DNA of 64,000 bases from a virus (lineage: Duplodnaviria > Caudoviricetes), in the IMG/VR virus record IMGVR_UViG_3300025870_000004, positions 1-64,000 of that record. The stretch is one strand, 5' to 3'. Below, in pieces: positions 37,744 through 46,631 of the stretch. Numbering within the stretch: position 1 is the stretch's first letter; the number at the start of each line of letters is the position of its first letter. Made by a program: the position numbers and the translations under genes. The notes under the pieces were generated by a model, which was not told where the DNA came from, searched no databases, and saw nothing but the letters and a program-made list of their open reading frames with translations.

Positions 37744-39344
37744 TGGCAGAAGCAACAATAACAGACCTAATCCTCACGATTCGTGAAGAGAATGAAAAGG
37801 GTAGAGATGAGACGAAGAAGAATACGTCTCAGATTATTACTCTGAACAAAACATTCTCAGATTACTTCACTATGTTGAAACGTCAAGCGTTGGATGTAGA
37901 AGAATCAAGACGGGATGCTGATAAAGGTATGTCAACTGGTGGAACTGTTGCGGCAAAAACACCTAAATCCGATTCATCTGGTGGGGGATTTCTTGGTATG
38001 GTCGCCGCTATTCTTGCAGCGGGTGGCGCACTTGTATTTGGTTTTGTTGAAGGTTTTGTTAATGCAACAAAAGATATAATCAAACTCATACGAATCATAT
38101 TCAAACCAATTACAAAACCAATCGTTGCAGCGGTTCGTCTATTAATGGGCGCATATGCAAAGGGGATAAAAGCTTTAATTAACATTACCAGATTGGGTAT
38201 GTTCAAAGCTTTTGGTTTGGGTGTTGATGGTAAACCCGTTGTTGCAACAAGTAAATTTATGAAAGGACTCCTAAAAACACCTAGTGTTATTGGACAAGCG
38301 TTAAATGGTCTTGGACGTGCTTTTTCATTTCTTGGTCGTGAAGCTTCAAAACCATTTAAGATGTTATTCTTTGCTACACAAGCAACAGGTAAACTTATTT
38401 CAAATGTTTTATTTAGACTTAGATTTCTATTCAGTAAACTGACTGCTCCACTCAGAGGTATATTCACTAGCACAAATCAATTCATCAAAGATATAAAAGA
38501 GTTGGGCACAAGATTCGGAGCAGTCTTCAAAACAGCTCGGGATGGAACAAAATCCGCTGGGGTGATAGGTCAGTTTTTCTCTGGTATCGGTCAAACATTT
38601 AAGACTATTGTCAGCGCGGTCAAACCATTACTAGGTGTTTTCCGTCTCATTGGTCGAGTAGTATTCTTTCCACTAACTATTATCATGGGTATTTTTGACG
38701 GTATCAAGGGTGCAATGGCCGGAGCGCAAGAAGAAGGGATATTAGGTGGCATTCTTGGTGCAGTAGGTGGTATCTTTGGTGGACTGATTGGTATGCCTCT
38801 TGACCTATTGAAATCCGCAGTGGCGTGGATTGCTGGTAAAATGGGATTTGAGAATGTAGAAGAAACATTGAAATCATTTTCGTTCAAAGATATGTTCTTG
38901 AATCTGTTTATCGGTATCGCTGGTATGATTAATACCTTCGTTGATAATATCACATCATCGTTTCAAGATGGCATCGGTTCGGGTTTGTCTATGGTTTTAA
39001 CATATTTGAAGAGAATGCTTTTATTCCCTGCGGCTGTCGCCGCTGGTGGCGTTGCGGCATTAGCGGCCGCATTGCCAGGCGGTAAATCTCCGTCTGAAGC
39101 ATTTTCAGATGCATTTAATGCCACCTTCAAACTTGGCGAAGGTAGTGTTCTTCCATCACCATCATCTAACACATCGGGTAGTGAAATCAGTTCTCAAGTA
39201 AATGATAATGCATCGACACGAAATGGTTTCCTTGCTGGACAGTCATCAACACAAGTCATAGACACGAGTCAACAGAACAATGTCAACATAACTCAGACTC
39301 AAGATGTTGCTGCAACCGACGATACCGACAAGAAGCCTAATTAA
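37743..39344 (+). CDS. Tape-measure-like / gp29-like protein
   Basis: 533 aa with amphipathic G/A/F/K-rich repeats and hydrophobic segments; directly follows gp26/gp51 and precedes gp32. Confidence 0.65.
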   Translation: MAEATITDLILTIREENEKGRDETKKNTSQIITLNKTFSDYFTMLKRQALDVEESRRDADKGMSTGGTVAAKTPKSDSSGGGFLGMVAAILAAGGALVFGFVEGFVNATKDIIKLIRIIFKPITKPIVAAVRLLMGAYAKGIKALINITRLGMFKAFGLGVDGKPVVATSKFMKGLLKTPSVIGQALNGLGRAFSFLGREASKPFKMLFFATQATGKLISNVLFRLRFLFSKLTAPLRGIFTSTNQFIKDIKELGTRFGAVFKTARDGTKSAGVIGQFFSGIGQTFKTIVSAVKPLLGVFRLIGRVVFFPLTIIMGIFDGIKGAMAGAQEEGILGGILGAVGGIFGGLIGMPLDLLKSAVAWIAGKMGFENVEETLKSFSFKDMFLNLFIGIAGMINTFVDNITSSFQDGIGSGLSMVLTYLKRMLLFPAAVAAGGVAALAAALPGGKSPSEAFSDAFNATFKLGEGSVLPSPSSNTSGSEISSQVNDNASTRNGFLAGQSSTQVIDTSQQNNVNITQTQDVAATDDTDKKPN

Positions 39345-39370
39345 AAAAGGGTGACCGAAGCCACCCTTTC
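39343..39370 (-). terminator. Rho-independent terminator with cUUCGg tetraloop (probably bidirectional)
   Basis: Minus strand reads AAAGGGTGG-CTTCGG-TCACCCTTTTTT; lies between the convergent gp29-like and gp32 genes. Confidence 0.9.
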
Positions 39371-39394
39371 TCATCATCCATAGGAGAATGAATC

Positions 39395-40315
39395 CTAGTC
39401 TTCCGCAGCGAGTTTCGCGAAGTAAGACAGTGTGTCATCATCGTCATCGGTTGATGCAATGACAGGTTCAGGCGCAGACTGAATGACTTGCGGTTCTGTT
39501 GCTTTTGGTTCAACAGTCTCGGCAGTCTGTGTCAGTGCTTCGTTCTTGACAGTTGAACCACCACCTGTTGCTTGACCCAGAACAGTTTCGAGACGTGCTT
39601 TCAACTCATCATAGGTTTTGTAACTTGATGCATCGGTGAACTCAGTGACCTCGTGCAACTGATTGTAAGTTGCTTCGAGTTTTGTCTCATCAGCATCGAA
39701 CAATGATGTCTGTGCTTTGAACTCTGACTTGTCATAGTTACGATATCCTGCAACGTTACGAATCTTCAGTTGGAAGTTCGCACCAGCCCAGAAGTCAAAC
39801 GGATTGATTGGTGTTTCGCCAGGAAACTCTGGTTGCATCTTGTCCATAACCTTATCAAAGATTTTCTTACCATAGTCATACAGGAATACCTTACCCTCAT
39901 TCTGAGGATTGGCAGGGTCACTGATAACAATGATGTTAGAGACGTGATGCAGACGGCGTTTCTGTTTACGCGCAGTTTCTTTGTCTTCCTCGATACCAGA
40001 GTTCCAAAGGCGTGAGTTGTATTCACTCACAGGGTCATTGTTACCCAGAGTAGTCAGAGACTTCTCAACATACCATTGACCAGTCGGGCCTTTGAAGAAG
40101 TGGTCGAAGTAACGAACCCACGGGAGTTCCTGACCTTCGACAGCAGGAAGAAAACGAATCTCTGCGTATCCGTTACCAGCGTCATCGACAGTTGGTTTCC
40201 AGAAACGTAGGTCTTCATATTTGTTTTTGGTTTGTTTTGTGCCAGACATTTCTTGGGCAGCAGATGCCAGTTTAGAAATATCAGGACGATTAGATTTTAG
40301 ATTTGCAAAAGACAT
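39395..40315 (-). CDS. gp32: Single-stranded DNA-binding protein gp32
   Basis: DLRFWKPTVDDAGNGYAEIRFLP, WYVEKSLTTLG, YGKKIFDK, PFDFWAGANF, acidic tail ending LSYFAKLA. Confidence 0.97.
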   Translation of the reverse strand: MSFANLKSNRPDISKLASAAQEMSGTKQTKNKYEDLRFWKPTVDDAGNGYAEIRFLPAVEGQELPWVRYFDHFFKGPTGQWYVEKSLTTLGNNDPVSEYNSRLWNSGIEEDKETARKQKRRLHHVSNIIVISDPANPQNEGKVFLYDYGKKIFDKVMDKMQPEFPGETPINPFDFWAGANFQLKIRNVAGYRNYDKSEFKAQTSLFDADETKLEATYNQLHEVTEFTDASSYKTYDELKARLETVLGQATGGGSTVKNEALTQTAETVEPKATEPQVIQSAPEPVIASTDDDDDTLSYFAKLAAED

Positions 40316-40353
40316 ATTTGTATTCTCCGTATATTTGCGTATTATGTGTATTC

Positions 40354-40382
40354 ATTGTATCATAATATAGTGTATTTGTCAA
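40354..40382 (-). promoter_or_regulatory. Sigma70-type promoter for gp32
   Basis: TTGACA-17 nt-TACAAT with an extended TG. Confidence 0.8.
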
Positions 40383-40391
40383 TACATTTAT

Positions 40392-40667
40392 TTATTCGGA
40401 TAAGGATTTTGAGTTACCCTTATCCAGATAATTGAGTTTCATTGCTTCCATCTCAATTCTCTGCTTAATTGATGTGGAGAGATATTTCTTCACATCTTCA
40501 ACCTCTATCGTATTTTCTAGACAGAGGTGAATTACAGCGTCCATATAGGACAGACTGTCTTGTTTAACGGTGTCCTCAATCATACGAGAGAACTTCTTCT
40601 TACTTAGAAAGTTTGCCTCCTCGTTTGAGTCAGAGTCAACACCACCAATAATTAAATCAACCTTCAA
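40392..40667 (-). CDS. gp33: Late transcription coactivator gp33
   Basis: KKKFSRMIE...SYMDAVIHLCLENTIEVEDVKKYLS..IKQRIEMEAMKLNYL; adjacent to gp32. Confidence 0.9.
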   Translation of the reverse strand: MKVDLIIGGVDSDSNEEANFLSKKKFSRMIEDTVKQDSLSYMDAVIHLCLENTIEVEDVKKYLSTSIKQRIEMEAMKLNYLDKGNSKSLSE

Positions 40668-41112
40668 GTTCTTCTTTCAACTCCTTAGACCACATACCAA
40701 CATCATCATACCAGACACCGATTGTGCGTTTCACTTCACCGTATTCATCATAAGCTTTCGCAAGACAACGATATTTAATTTTACTCTCACGGTCTTCTCC
40801 ATAACGAAAGTCTAACCAGACACCAGTGGTAAGGTATTTTTTCATATTATAGATGTAGACTTCAAGGTCTTTGTATTGGGCTCTCTCAGTATACTTAATA
40901 GATTTCTTGAGATGCCTAATACCTTTTAGTTCCAACTCACAGGACTTAATCCATTGCTTCACTTTCTTCCAATGAAGGTAATAGTCTTCAGGAAGGTCAC
41001 GAATAGTCTCGTGAACTCCCATCCGACCATCATGGCCACGTGCTTCCCGTGCTTTTGCAAGACGTTCAGACGCAGCCTTCTTCTGTTCCGCAGTGAGTTT
41101 TCTCTTTGCCAT
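40657..41112 (-). CDS. Conserved hypothetical basic protein
   Basis: 151-aa ORF; EQKKAASERLAKAREAR and YLTTGVWLDFRYGE. Confidence 0.65.
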   Translation of the reverse strand: MAKRKLTAEQKKAASERLAKAREARGHDGRMGVHETIRDLPEDYYLHWKKVKQWIKSCELELKGIRHLKKSIKYTERAQYKDLEVYIYNMKKYLTTGVWLDFRYGEDRESKIKYRCLAKAYDEYGEVKRTIGVWYDDVGMWSKELKEELEG

Positions 41113-41115
41113 ACA

Positions 41116-41382
41116 CTATATAGTGTCGAAAGTTTGCAAAGTATTTACACGGAAAGAACGCCACCCTTCTACATCAAGGTCATAGACACGAACAGTTTCT
41201 TTCTTTTCATTAGCAACAACCTGAGTAGGTTTATGTTCATCAGGGATAAACTTCTCATTCAGTGTTGCTCGCATGTTGCGAACTTGGCCATCTTTCACTT
41301 TGATGAAAGACAGACGCACAATATTTTGTTGTAGTGTATCCATCACACTATCATATGTAAAATCAATTCCAGTCATTGTCAT
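41116..41382 (-). CDS. WYL_2 / DUF2693-like SH3 beta-barrel protein
   Basis: FIKVKDGQVRNMRATL...VRVYDLDVEGWRSFRV. Confidence 0.75.
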   Translation of the reverse strand: MTMTGIDFTYDSVMDTLQQNIVRLSFIKVKDGQVRNMRATLNEKFIPDEHKPTQVVANEKKETVRVYDLDVEGWRSFRVNTLQTFDTI

Positions 41383-41524
41383 ATCCTACTGTGTCTTGAT
41401 AAGAGTTGGTAACACCAATCTCATCGAAATAATCTTTTGTGTCGTTCCAATACAGAACGTCACGGTTATCATAGTCACCTTCGAACAGGTCTTCAGCAAC
41501 TTTCTTCTTTGGGTGGTTCATCAT
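41363..41524 (-). CDS. Small acidic hypothetical protein (53 aa)
   Basis: MMNHPKKKVAEDLFEGDYDNRDVLYWNDTKDYFDEIGVTNSYQDTVGYDNDWN; fills the gap, GGAG RBS upstream; below the ORF-track cutoff. Confidence 0.55.
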   Translation of the reverse strand: MMNHPKKKVAEDLFEGDYDNRDVLYWNDTKDYFDEIGVTNSYQDTVGYDNDWN

Positions 41525-41724
41525 TCATCATTCTCCAATTCTGTAGGTGTCCAGATTTTATTGTTTACATCAAAATCGAAAGACCAATCCATAAACTGTT
41601 GATATCTCATCCAAAAGAAATACGAAATATTTTCAGTCGGTGGCCAATTTGATAATGACCAATCTGATAACTTATACATAAAGTCGCCAATGTAATAACA
41701 GATATAAGCCAACATTGTTTTCAT
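41521..41724 (-). CDS. Hypothetical aromatic-rich protein
   Basis: TAATG-coupled to the upstream gene; start MKTMLAY. Confidence 0.5.
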   Translation of the reverse strand: MKTMLAYICYYIGDFMYKLSDWSLSNWPPTENISYFFWMRYQQFMDWSFDFDVNNKIWTPTELENDE

Positions 41725-42263
41725 TATGCACACTCCTTCCACCAATCAGGTTCATCACGGTTTGTCCATTTAGCAAATGAACGTTTCTCATTCAAGTAGT
41801 AGAAGCGATATGCATCTACTGGGTCTTCGCGTTTGCAATAGTCAGGCATTGCTTGAGCGAATTTCGTCAATCCCACTTTGGGGATGTTCTTTGGTATGTT
41901 TAGTAGTATATCAGATAAACGAGTGTCTGTCAAGTGAAATTTACCATACCGATGAGTATATTCTTTACACGCACTACGAAAGTGACGATACAACCAGAAG
42001 TAGTTATCATCAGACTCACGCAACCAGATGTTACTTGGATGATTGACATGAGATGCCTTGTAGAGTTGATTGTCAAGTGTTGGATGTTTCCAACGAGCAA
42101 TCTTACGACCATTCGCAGTCTTACCATAATAGTGTTCACCATCAAGCACACGGTGTGCGGTTGACATTAGTTGAGCATACTCGACAATCATTTTGACAAC
42201 ATGTTTGTCAAGCATCATCTGGGCTGCCTTGATAGGGTCATTGTCTAGGTGAAAGATATTCAT
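41724..42263 (-). CDS. Pyrimidine-dimer DNA glycosylase / endonuclease V-like family protein
   Basis: MNIFHLD...DKHVVKMIVEYAQLMSTAHR...HVNHPSNIW...FAQAMPD...AYRFYY. Confidence 0.8.
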   Translation of the reverse strand: MNIFHLDNDPIKAAQMMLDKHVVKMIVEYAQLMSTAHRVLDGEHYYGKTANGRKIARWKHPTLDNQLYKASHVNHPSNIWLRESDDNYFWLYRHFRSACKEYTHRYGKFHLTDTRLSDILLNIPKNIPKVGLTKFAQAMPDYCKREDPVDAYRFYYLNEKRSFAKWTNRDEPDWWKECA

Positions 42264-42403
42264 TTCGATAAACACCCCACGATTTGTTTGACTGTGTTGA
42301 CTTCACTGAGATACTCATAGGCATTCGCACAGTGATTATAACTGGTGAACTCCACGACTTCGACACTACCTGTCATCGTAAATAAAACTAGAAAATACAT
42401 CAT
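42260..42403 (-). CDS. Small hypothetical protein (47 aa, hydrophobic N-terminus, two Cys)
   Basis: MMYFLVLFTMTGSVEVVEFTSYNHCANAYEYLSEVNTVKQIVGCLSK; ATGA overlaps on both sides. Confidence 0.55.
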   Translation of the reverse strand: MMYFLVLFTMTGSVEVVEFTSYNHCANAYEYLSEVNTVKQIVGCLSK

Positions 42404-42663
42404 GCCAAATTCTCAATCTCTTTTAATACATCAGCAACTTCTTGAAAGGTCAAATGACCAATCACATCATCAGCGATAGTTGTATTGTAACACAAGTTTC
42501 CATTAATGTCAAGCACCGCGACTTCGAAAAGTCCATCGGTGTTGCCATACGAACTCTGATTACAAATCACAGATGCACCATACCCATTATCAAAAGTATA
42601 TGTATTCTGATACTGATTACGTTTCCTTATCGACACATGACTTACATTACGCTCCGACTGCAT
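42400..42663 (-). CDS. Conserved phage hypothetical protein
   Basis: FDNGYGASVI...SYG...GLFEVAVL...DDVIGHLT, a motif seen in many phages. Confidence 0.7.
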   Translation of the reverse strand: MQSERNVSHVSIRKRNQYQNTYTFDNGYGASVICNQSSYGNTDGLFEVAVLDINGNLCYNTTIADDVIGHLTFQEVADVLKEIENLA

Positions 42664-42895
42664 TGTAGTAACCCTCCGCTTTGACACGAAACTTCGCTTC
42701 ATTCATAATCTGTTCTTTGACGAACAACTCTGAGCCTGTGAACCACGCACACGCATCCTGCATGTCGTTGAACTCAGCAATCGGAATGACCGTATCAATC
42801 GGGTCTTTCCAGTTGTCCATGCCTTCTGTGAGAGTGTCAAACTTCTCACGGAGAACATCGATACGTTCATCAGTAGCAAATGTCAATAACGCCAT
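42647..42895 (-). CDS. Hypothetical early protein
   Basis: DNWKDPID...ACAWFTGS...AEGYYNAVGA; GGAGG RBS. Confidence 0.65.
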   Translation of the reverse strand: MALLTFATDERIDVLREKFDTLTEGMDNWKDPIDTVIPIAEFNDMQDACAWFTGSELFVKEQIMNEAKFRVKAEGYYNAVGA

Positions 42896-43101
42896 TACAG
42901 AACCTCCACAACCATTTTGATAAAGTCTTCTAGGGGCATATGAACTTCCCAGTCTTTTAGACCCTCAACCGTAACATAGTCACGGCGGTCACTGCCAGTG
43001 CCAGGCCCATCAAGGACACCAGTGAGTGTGACAGTCTTCTCAACCGAACCCGCAACAGGCTCCCATGCATTCACAACAATTTGTTTACCAATCAATTCCA
43101 T
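42895..43101 (-). CDS. Hypothetical early protein
   Basis: 68 aa, AAGGA RBS, own promoter. Confidence 0.6.
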   Translation of the reverse strand: MELIGKQIVVNAWEPVAGSVEKTVTLTGVLDGPGTGSDRRDYVTVEGLKDWEVHMPLEDFIKMVVEVL

Positions 43102-43128
43102 AATCTTTTATCCTTTCGACTATACTTG

Positions 43129-43157
43129 ATTATTACATATCTCGCGGAATTTGTCAA
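43129..43157 (-). promoter_or_regulatory. Sigma70-type early promoter
   Basis: TTGACA-17 nt-AATAAT with TG extension. Confidence 0.7.
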
Positions 43158-43160
43158 GCA

Positions 43161-43415
43161 TTATTTGTCCCACTTAGAGAAGTCCCACCTGCCATCGAAT
43201 GGTAAGTTCAATCCCCATTGACCCCTCTTATTGTATTTGTAGTTAGAAATATGCATCTTCAAAATGTTAGCCTTCTCCCAGTCTTTATTCTTCCGTGCCA
43301 CTCTCAGTTCTTCATTCAGATTCTTCCAGATACGCTTATTCGCTGCTTTACGCTCCGCCTCTAAACTCTTGAGATGGTCTCTGTGTTGCTTCCATTCGTG
43401 CCATATATACATCAT
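43161..43415 (-). CDS. Hypothetical early protein
   Basis: 84 aa, GAGAGGA RBS, own promoter. Confidence 0.6.
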   Translation of the reverse strand: MMYIWHEWKQHRDHLKSLEAERKAANKRIWKNLNEELRVARKNKDWEKANILKMHISNYKYNKRGQWGLNLPFDGRWDFSKWDK

Positions 43416-43440
43416 AATGTATTCCTCTCATCTATAACTT

Positions 43441-43469
43441 AATATAACCTATTCCATCGAATAAGTCAA
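43441..43469 (-). promoter_or_regulatory. Sigma70-type early promoter
   Basis: TTGACT-17 nt-TATATT. Confidence 0.7.
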
Positions 43470-43729
43470 GCATTATTTAGAATTTCACCGACAATCTCAC
43501 GGTCAATGTTATTACCACCACCCCACCGATGCGTTCCATCTTCATAGAAGAAACGCTCATCGTTGCCTTGCAATTGCAAGCCACGCTGAGGTTGACTCTC
43601 ATCGTCACCTTGCAAGTAGGTCAACATCGCACCCCAAATCTGGTCACGAGTTGCATGGTCACCGAAAGAACTCTCACAGAAGTTAACGAAGGCAACTTGC
43701 TCGTGAAGGCTAATAATTTGTGCAGTCAT
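43466..43729 (-). CDS. Hypothetical early protein
   Basis: Start MTAQII after a GAGAGGA RBS; WGGGNNIDREIVGEIL. Confidence 0.6.
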   Translation of the reverse strand: MTAQIISLHEQVAFVNFCESSFGDHATRDQIWGAMLTYLQGDDESQPQRGLQLQGNDERFFYEDGTHRWGGGNNIDREIVGEILNNA

Positions 43730-43758
43730 AATGTATTCCTCTCTCAATCTCTATATAC

Positions 43759-43787
43759 ATAATACGACAAAAAACATCTTTTGTCAA
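43759..43787 (-). promoter_or_regulatory. Sigma70-type early promoter
   Basis: TTGACA-17 nt-TATTAT. Confidence 0.75.
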
Positions 43788-43799
43788 GCGTTTTTTTCA

Positions 43800-43807
43800 T
43801 ATAAATA
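43800..43807 (+). promoter_or_regulatory. T4-type late promoter TATAAATA
   Basis: Exact motif upstream of the AAGGAG RBS and ATG 43826. Confidence 0.8.
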
Positions 43808-43825
43808 GAAGAAAAGGAGACTGAC

Positions 43826-44095
43826 ATGTCTGACGAACTATTTGATTTTGGGTTTACCCTAGTAGATGAGAATGAACTGGAAGCAGTCCAGACTGCCACC
43901 GCACAGGTCGCATCGGTGTCCTCTAACGTGGAAGAGACCCAAGAGAAACTCAATAAACTCTATAATGCAATCCAACCGTTGTTGAACAACCTGAAGTTGA
44001 ATCCTGAAAAGGAATACATCCTATGGCCTAATCGCACGGAGAAGATTGAACAGTTCGAAGACCATATTCAATCAATCTATCAAGGCGATAAGTAA
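43826..44095 (+). CDS. Conserved hypothetical late protein
   Basis: FDFGFTLVDENEL...PLLNNLKLNPEKEYILWPNR; strong RBS. Confidence 0.7.
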   Translation: MSDELFDFGFTLVDENELEAVQTATAQVASVSSNVEETQEKLNKLYNAIQPLLNNLKLNPEKEYILWPNRTEKIEQFEDHIQSIYQGDK

Positions 44096-44904
44096 TGTTT
44101 CTTTATAGAACACAACCGAAATCAACTAGTGAATATAACATCATTAATCTGAAAAGAAAACAAGAAATGATGCATGAACTTCTGATAGCATCGCGTTATA
44201 AATCAAATCATCGTCAGAGAAAAAGAAATGATTTTATAACTTTGTTAACTGATGGGTGTTTGTTAGATGGTATGTTGACACTTGCTGGTTATGACAATAT
44301 TCTTGTTGTCACATCGTTTGAGGACAGGAACTATGACCGATTGAGAGATAGAACTCAGAGACCAGTCAATAGTGCAGGCGACCATATGTTCCCTATTGTC
44401 AATAGTATGAACGGTTCTCATGGTAACATATATGCTACCTCAGTGCCTAATGGTGATAGTTTCTTTACTCACCTATATGGCCACTATAACATCAACATGG
44501 TTGATTGTGACAGTTATTTCAAAGTCGATAATGATTTCAAATTGAGAAATGTGAGTGTGAAGTTTGACGCTGTGGTTTTGTTGGGATGTGAGTCGATAAA
44601 GAAAGGTAATTTCCGTGCAAGTGATGTGAAGGCAAAGTTTGCGAAATACTGTATAGAAGACTTTGATATGATTGATGTGTATCGTGGTGACCGCAGAAAA
44701 CTTACAGGTGGAACAAAGTCTATCACTGACACGAAGAAAAAAATGATTGAATGTGTCAACACTCCAATACGAGTTTATGATGAGAAAACTAGACTCAATG
44801 TAACAAAAGATGATGCAAATTGGCAGAGAACAAGACCGTGGTTACAATACATGAGATTGGCAATGAATATTGAGTCGCTGCAAAACTACTACAAGGTTTA
44901 TTAA
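44095..44904 (+). CDS. Hypothetical protein, paralogue A
   Basis: 269 aa; collinear similarity to 44907-45761. Confidence 0.65.
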   Translation: MFLYRTQPKSTSEYNIINLKRKQEMMHELLIASRYKSNHRQRKRNDFITLLTDGCLLDGMLTLAGYDNILVVTSFEDRNYDRLRDRTQRPVNSAGDHMFPIVNSMNGSHGNIYATSVPNGDSFFTHLYGHYNINMVDCDSYFKVDNDFKLRNVSVKFDAVVLLGCESIKKGNFRASDVKAKFAKYCIEDFDMIDVYRGDRRKLTGGTKSITDTKKKMIECVNTPIRVYDEKTRLNVTKDDANWQRTRPWLQYMRLAMNIESLQNYYKVY

Positions 44905-44906
44905 TT

Positions 44907-45761
44907 ATGATGATTTGTAAAACATCAAATGACAATATATTCAATTCTTTATTTGTGTCTGAAAGACTACAGACTGAGTTCCACTCTGAATTATCAAGCC
45001 ACTTGAACGACTACTTGACAACAGTTGATTCCGATAACAATATGAATTCAATGTCAAATGAATGGACAGAATATTGGAAGACATTACTCATCTCTGCCAA
45101 TATAAGAAATACTTTAATGGTTTATAAAAAGTATCAAAATATTCTTATAGTCCCTACTTTTAGGGATGATAAACACGAATCAATTTTAACAACGGACAAC
45201 ACGGTAGTTCCCAATATTGCTTCACATCTATATCCAATCATTAACAAAAAGTATGATACTAGAACAAACCTTCACGTTGCATTTCCTACAGGACACAATA
45301 GTTTTATAAAGTTTCTCATGGAAGAATATGATGTAGATATCATTGAGTCTAACAAAAACTTTACTTTTGGTGATAATGATTATAGTATTACAACTGATAT
45401 GAATGGTGTTGAGTTTGATGCTGTTCTTCTGTTAGGTGTCGATGAACCAGAATCACCTGTGGATATCAGTGAAGTGAAAAATATTTTCCAATCTTTATGT
45501 GTAGAAAACTTTGATGTTATAGATGATTTCGTTAGACAATCTGTAACGGCGTCTTTCTATAATCCAGATATTGATAATAATGATGTGAACTATCATTATG
45601 ATGATAGAGTAGTTGGAGACACAGAAGATTTGTCGGACATCTCTTCGTTTTTGGGAACTGCGTATGCGACATTTGACGAAAAAGACTATGATGACAAATC
45701 TCGTCAATTATCTAAATACATGATAGATGTTATATCGAAAGGATATCGAATCTATGCTTAG
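44907..45761 (+). CDS. Hypothetical protein, paralogue B (acidic)
   Basis: 284 aa; NILIV, HLYPII, FDAVLLLG and CVENFDVID match motifs in paralogue A. Confidence 0.65.
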   Translation: MMICKTSNDNIFNSLFVSERLQTEFHSELSSHLNDYLTTVDSDNNMNSMSNEWTEYWKTLLISANIRNTLMVYKKYQNILIVPTFRDDKHESILTTDNTVVPNIASHLYPIINKKYDTRTNLHVAFPTGHNSFIKFLMEEYDVDIIESNKNFTFGDNDYSITTDMNGVEFDAVLLLGVDEPESPVDISEVKNIFQSLCVENFDVIDDFVRQSVTASFYNPDIDNNDVNYHYDDRVVGDTEDLSDISSFLGTAYATFDEKDYDDKSRQLSKYMIDVISKGYRIYA

Positions 45762-46443
45762 TTTTAATCAATTCCAATATATCGAAGAGGGTGTTAACGA
45801 CCCTACAATCTTCAAGGCAGTATTCCTTGCGGGCGGGCCTGGGTCTGGTAAATCGTTTATCGTAGGTAAGACTGGTCTTCCTGTTCTTGGATTCAGAGTC
45901 GTCAACTCTGATGATGCATTCGAGAATGCAATGAAGAAGGCTGGTAAAGCGATGACTCCTGACGAAATCTTCTCCGACGAAGGTCAAGATATTCGTGTTA
46001 GAGCAAAGGCGTTGACTGGTAAGAAACAAGACCTATACATGAAGGGTCGCCTTGGTTTAGTTATTGACGGAACTGGTAAAGATTTTGCAAAGGTGAGAAA
46101 ACAAGCCAAGGTTCTTCAAGACTTGGGTTATGACACTGCAATGATTTTTGTCAACACCGACCTTGATACTGCAATCGAAAGAGATAAGTTGCGTGACCGT
46201 TCAGTTGGTGAAAAAGAAGTTACCCAGATGTGGAAAGATGTTCAAAAGAACATTGGTGCTTTCCAACAGATGTTCGGTAAGGAAGATATGCTCGTAGTTG
46301 ATAATTCAACTGGTAAAGACTTCAAGAAAGAAACGCTCCGTGCATATCGTGATGTTCAGAAGTTTATCAAACGTGAACCCGATAATCCACTCGCCAAGAA
46401 GTGGATTAAACAAGAGAAAAAGAAGCGCGGTATTACTCGTTAA
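45754..46443 (+). CDS. Zeta-toxin-like / AAA_33 P-loop kinase
   Basis: KAVFLAGGPGSGKS, VNSDDAFE, LVIDGTG, MIFVNT...R...R.R. Start placed at MLSFNQF. Confidence 0.8.
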   Translation: MLSFNQFQYIEEGVNDPTIFKAVFLAGGPGSGKSFIVGKTGLPVLGFRVVNSDDAFENAMKKAGKAMTPDEIFSDEGQDIRVRAKALTGKKQDLYMKGRLGLVIDGTGKDFAKVRKQAKVLQDLGYDTAMIFVNTDLDTAIERDKLRDRSVGEKEVTQMWKDVQKNIGAFQQMFGKEDMLVVDNSTGKDFKKETLRAYRDVQKFIKREPDNPLAKKWIKQEKKKRGITR

Positions 46444-46631
46444 CCGTCAAGTGGATTTGGTCGCCACGAGGCGTTTCTATAACTGGCACTTATCTTTTCC
46501 AACTTACCTTCAAGAGTTACAACTCGTCTTTCGAGGTCTTGAATACGTTCTTTATCGGTCAACATGGCCTCACGAGACTCACGAATCTTCCGACCCATAT
46601 AGTCCCAATAACTCTCACGCTTCATAACCAA
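46440..46631 (-). CDS. Small coiled-coil hypothetical protein
   Basis: ESYWDYMGRKIRESRE...RIQDLERRVVTLEGKL. Confidence 0.55.
   Translation of the reverse strand: MVMKRESYWDYMGRKIRESREAMLTDKERIQDLERRVVTLEGKLEKISASYRNASWRPNPLDG

Noticed and set aside
37883-39172. Minus-strand ORFs opposite the tape-measure-like gene
   Set aside because: Antisense shadows without recognisable features.
45754-46443. Zeta kinase with upstream genes as an epsilon/zeta toxin-antitoxin module
   Set aside because: No epsilon-like or HTH antitoxin is adjacent, and stand-alone kinases of this type are common in large phages.
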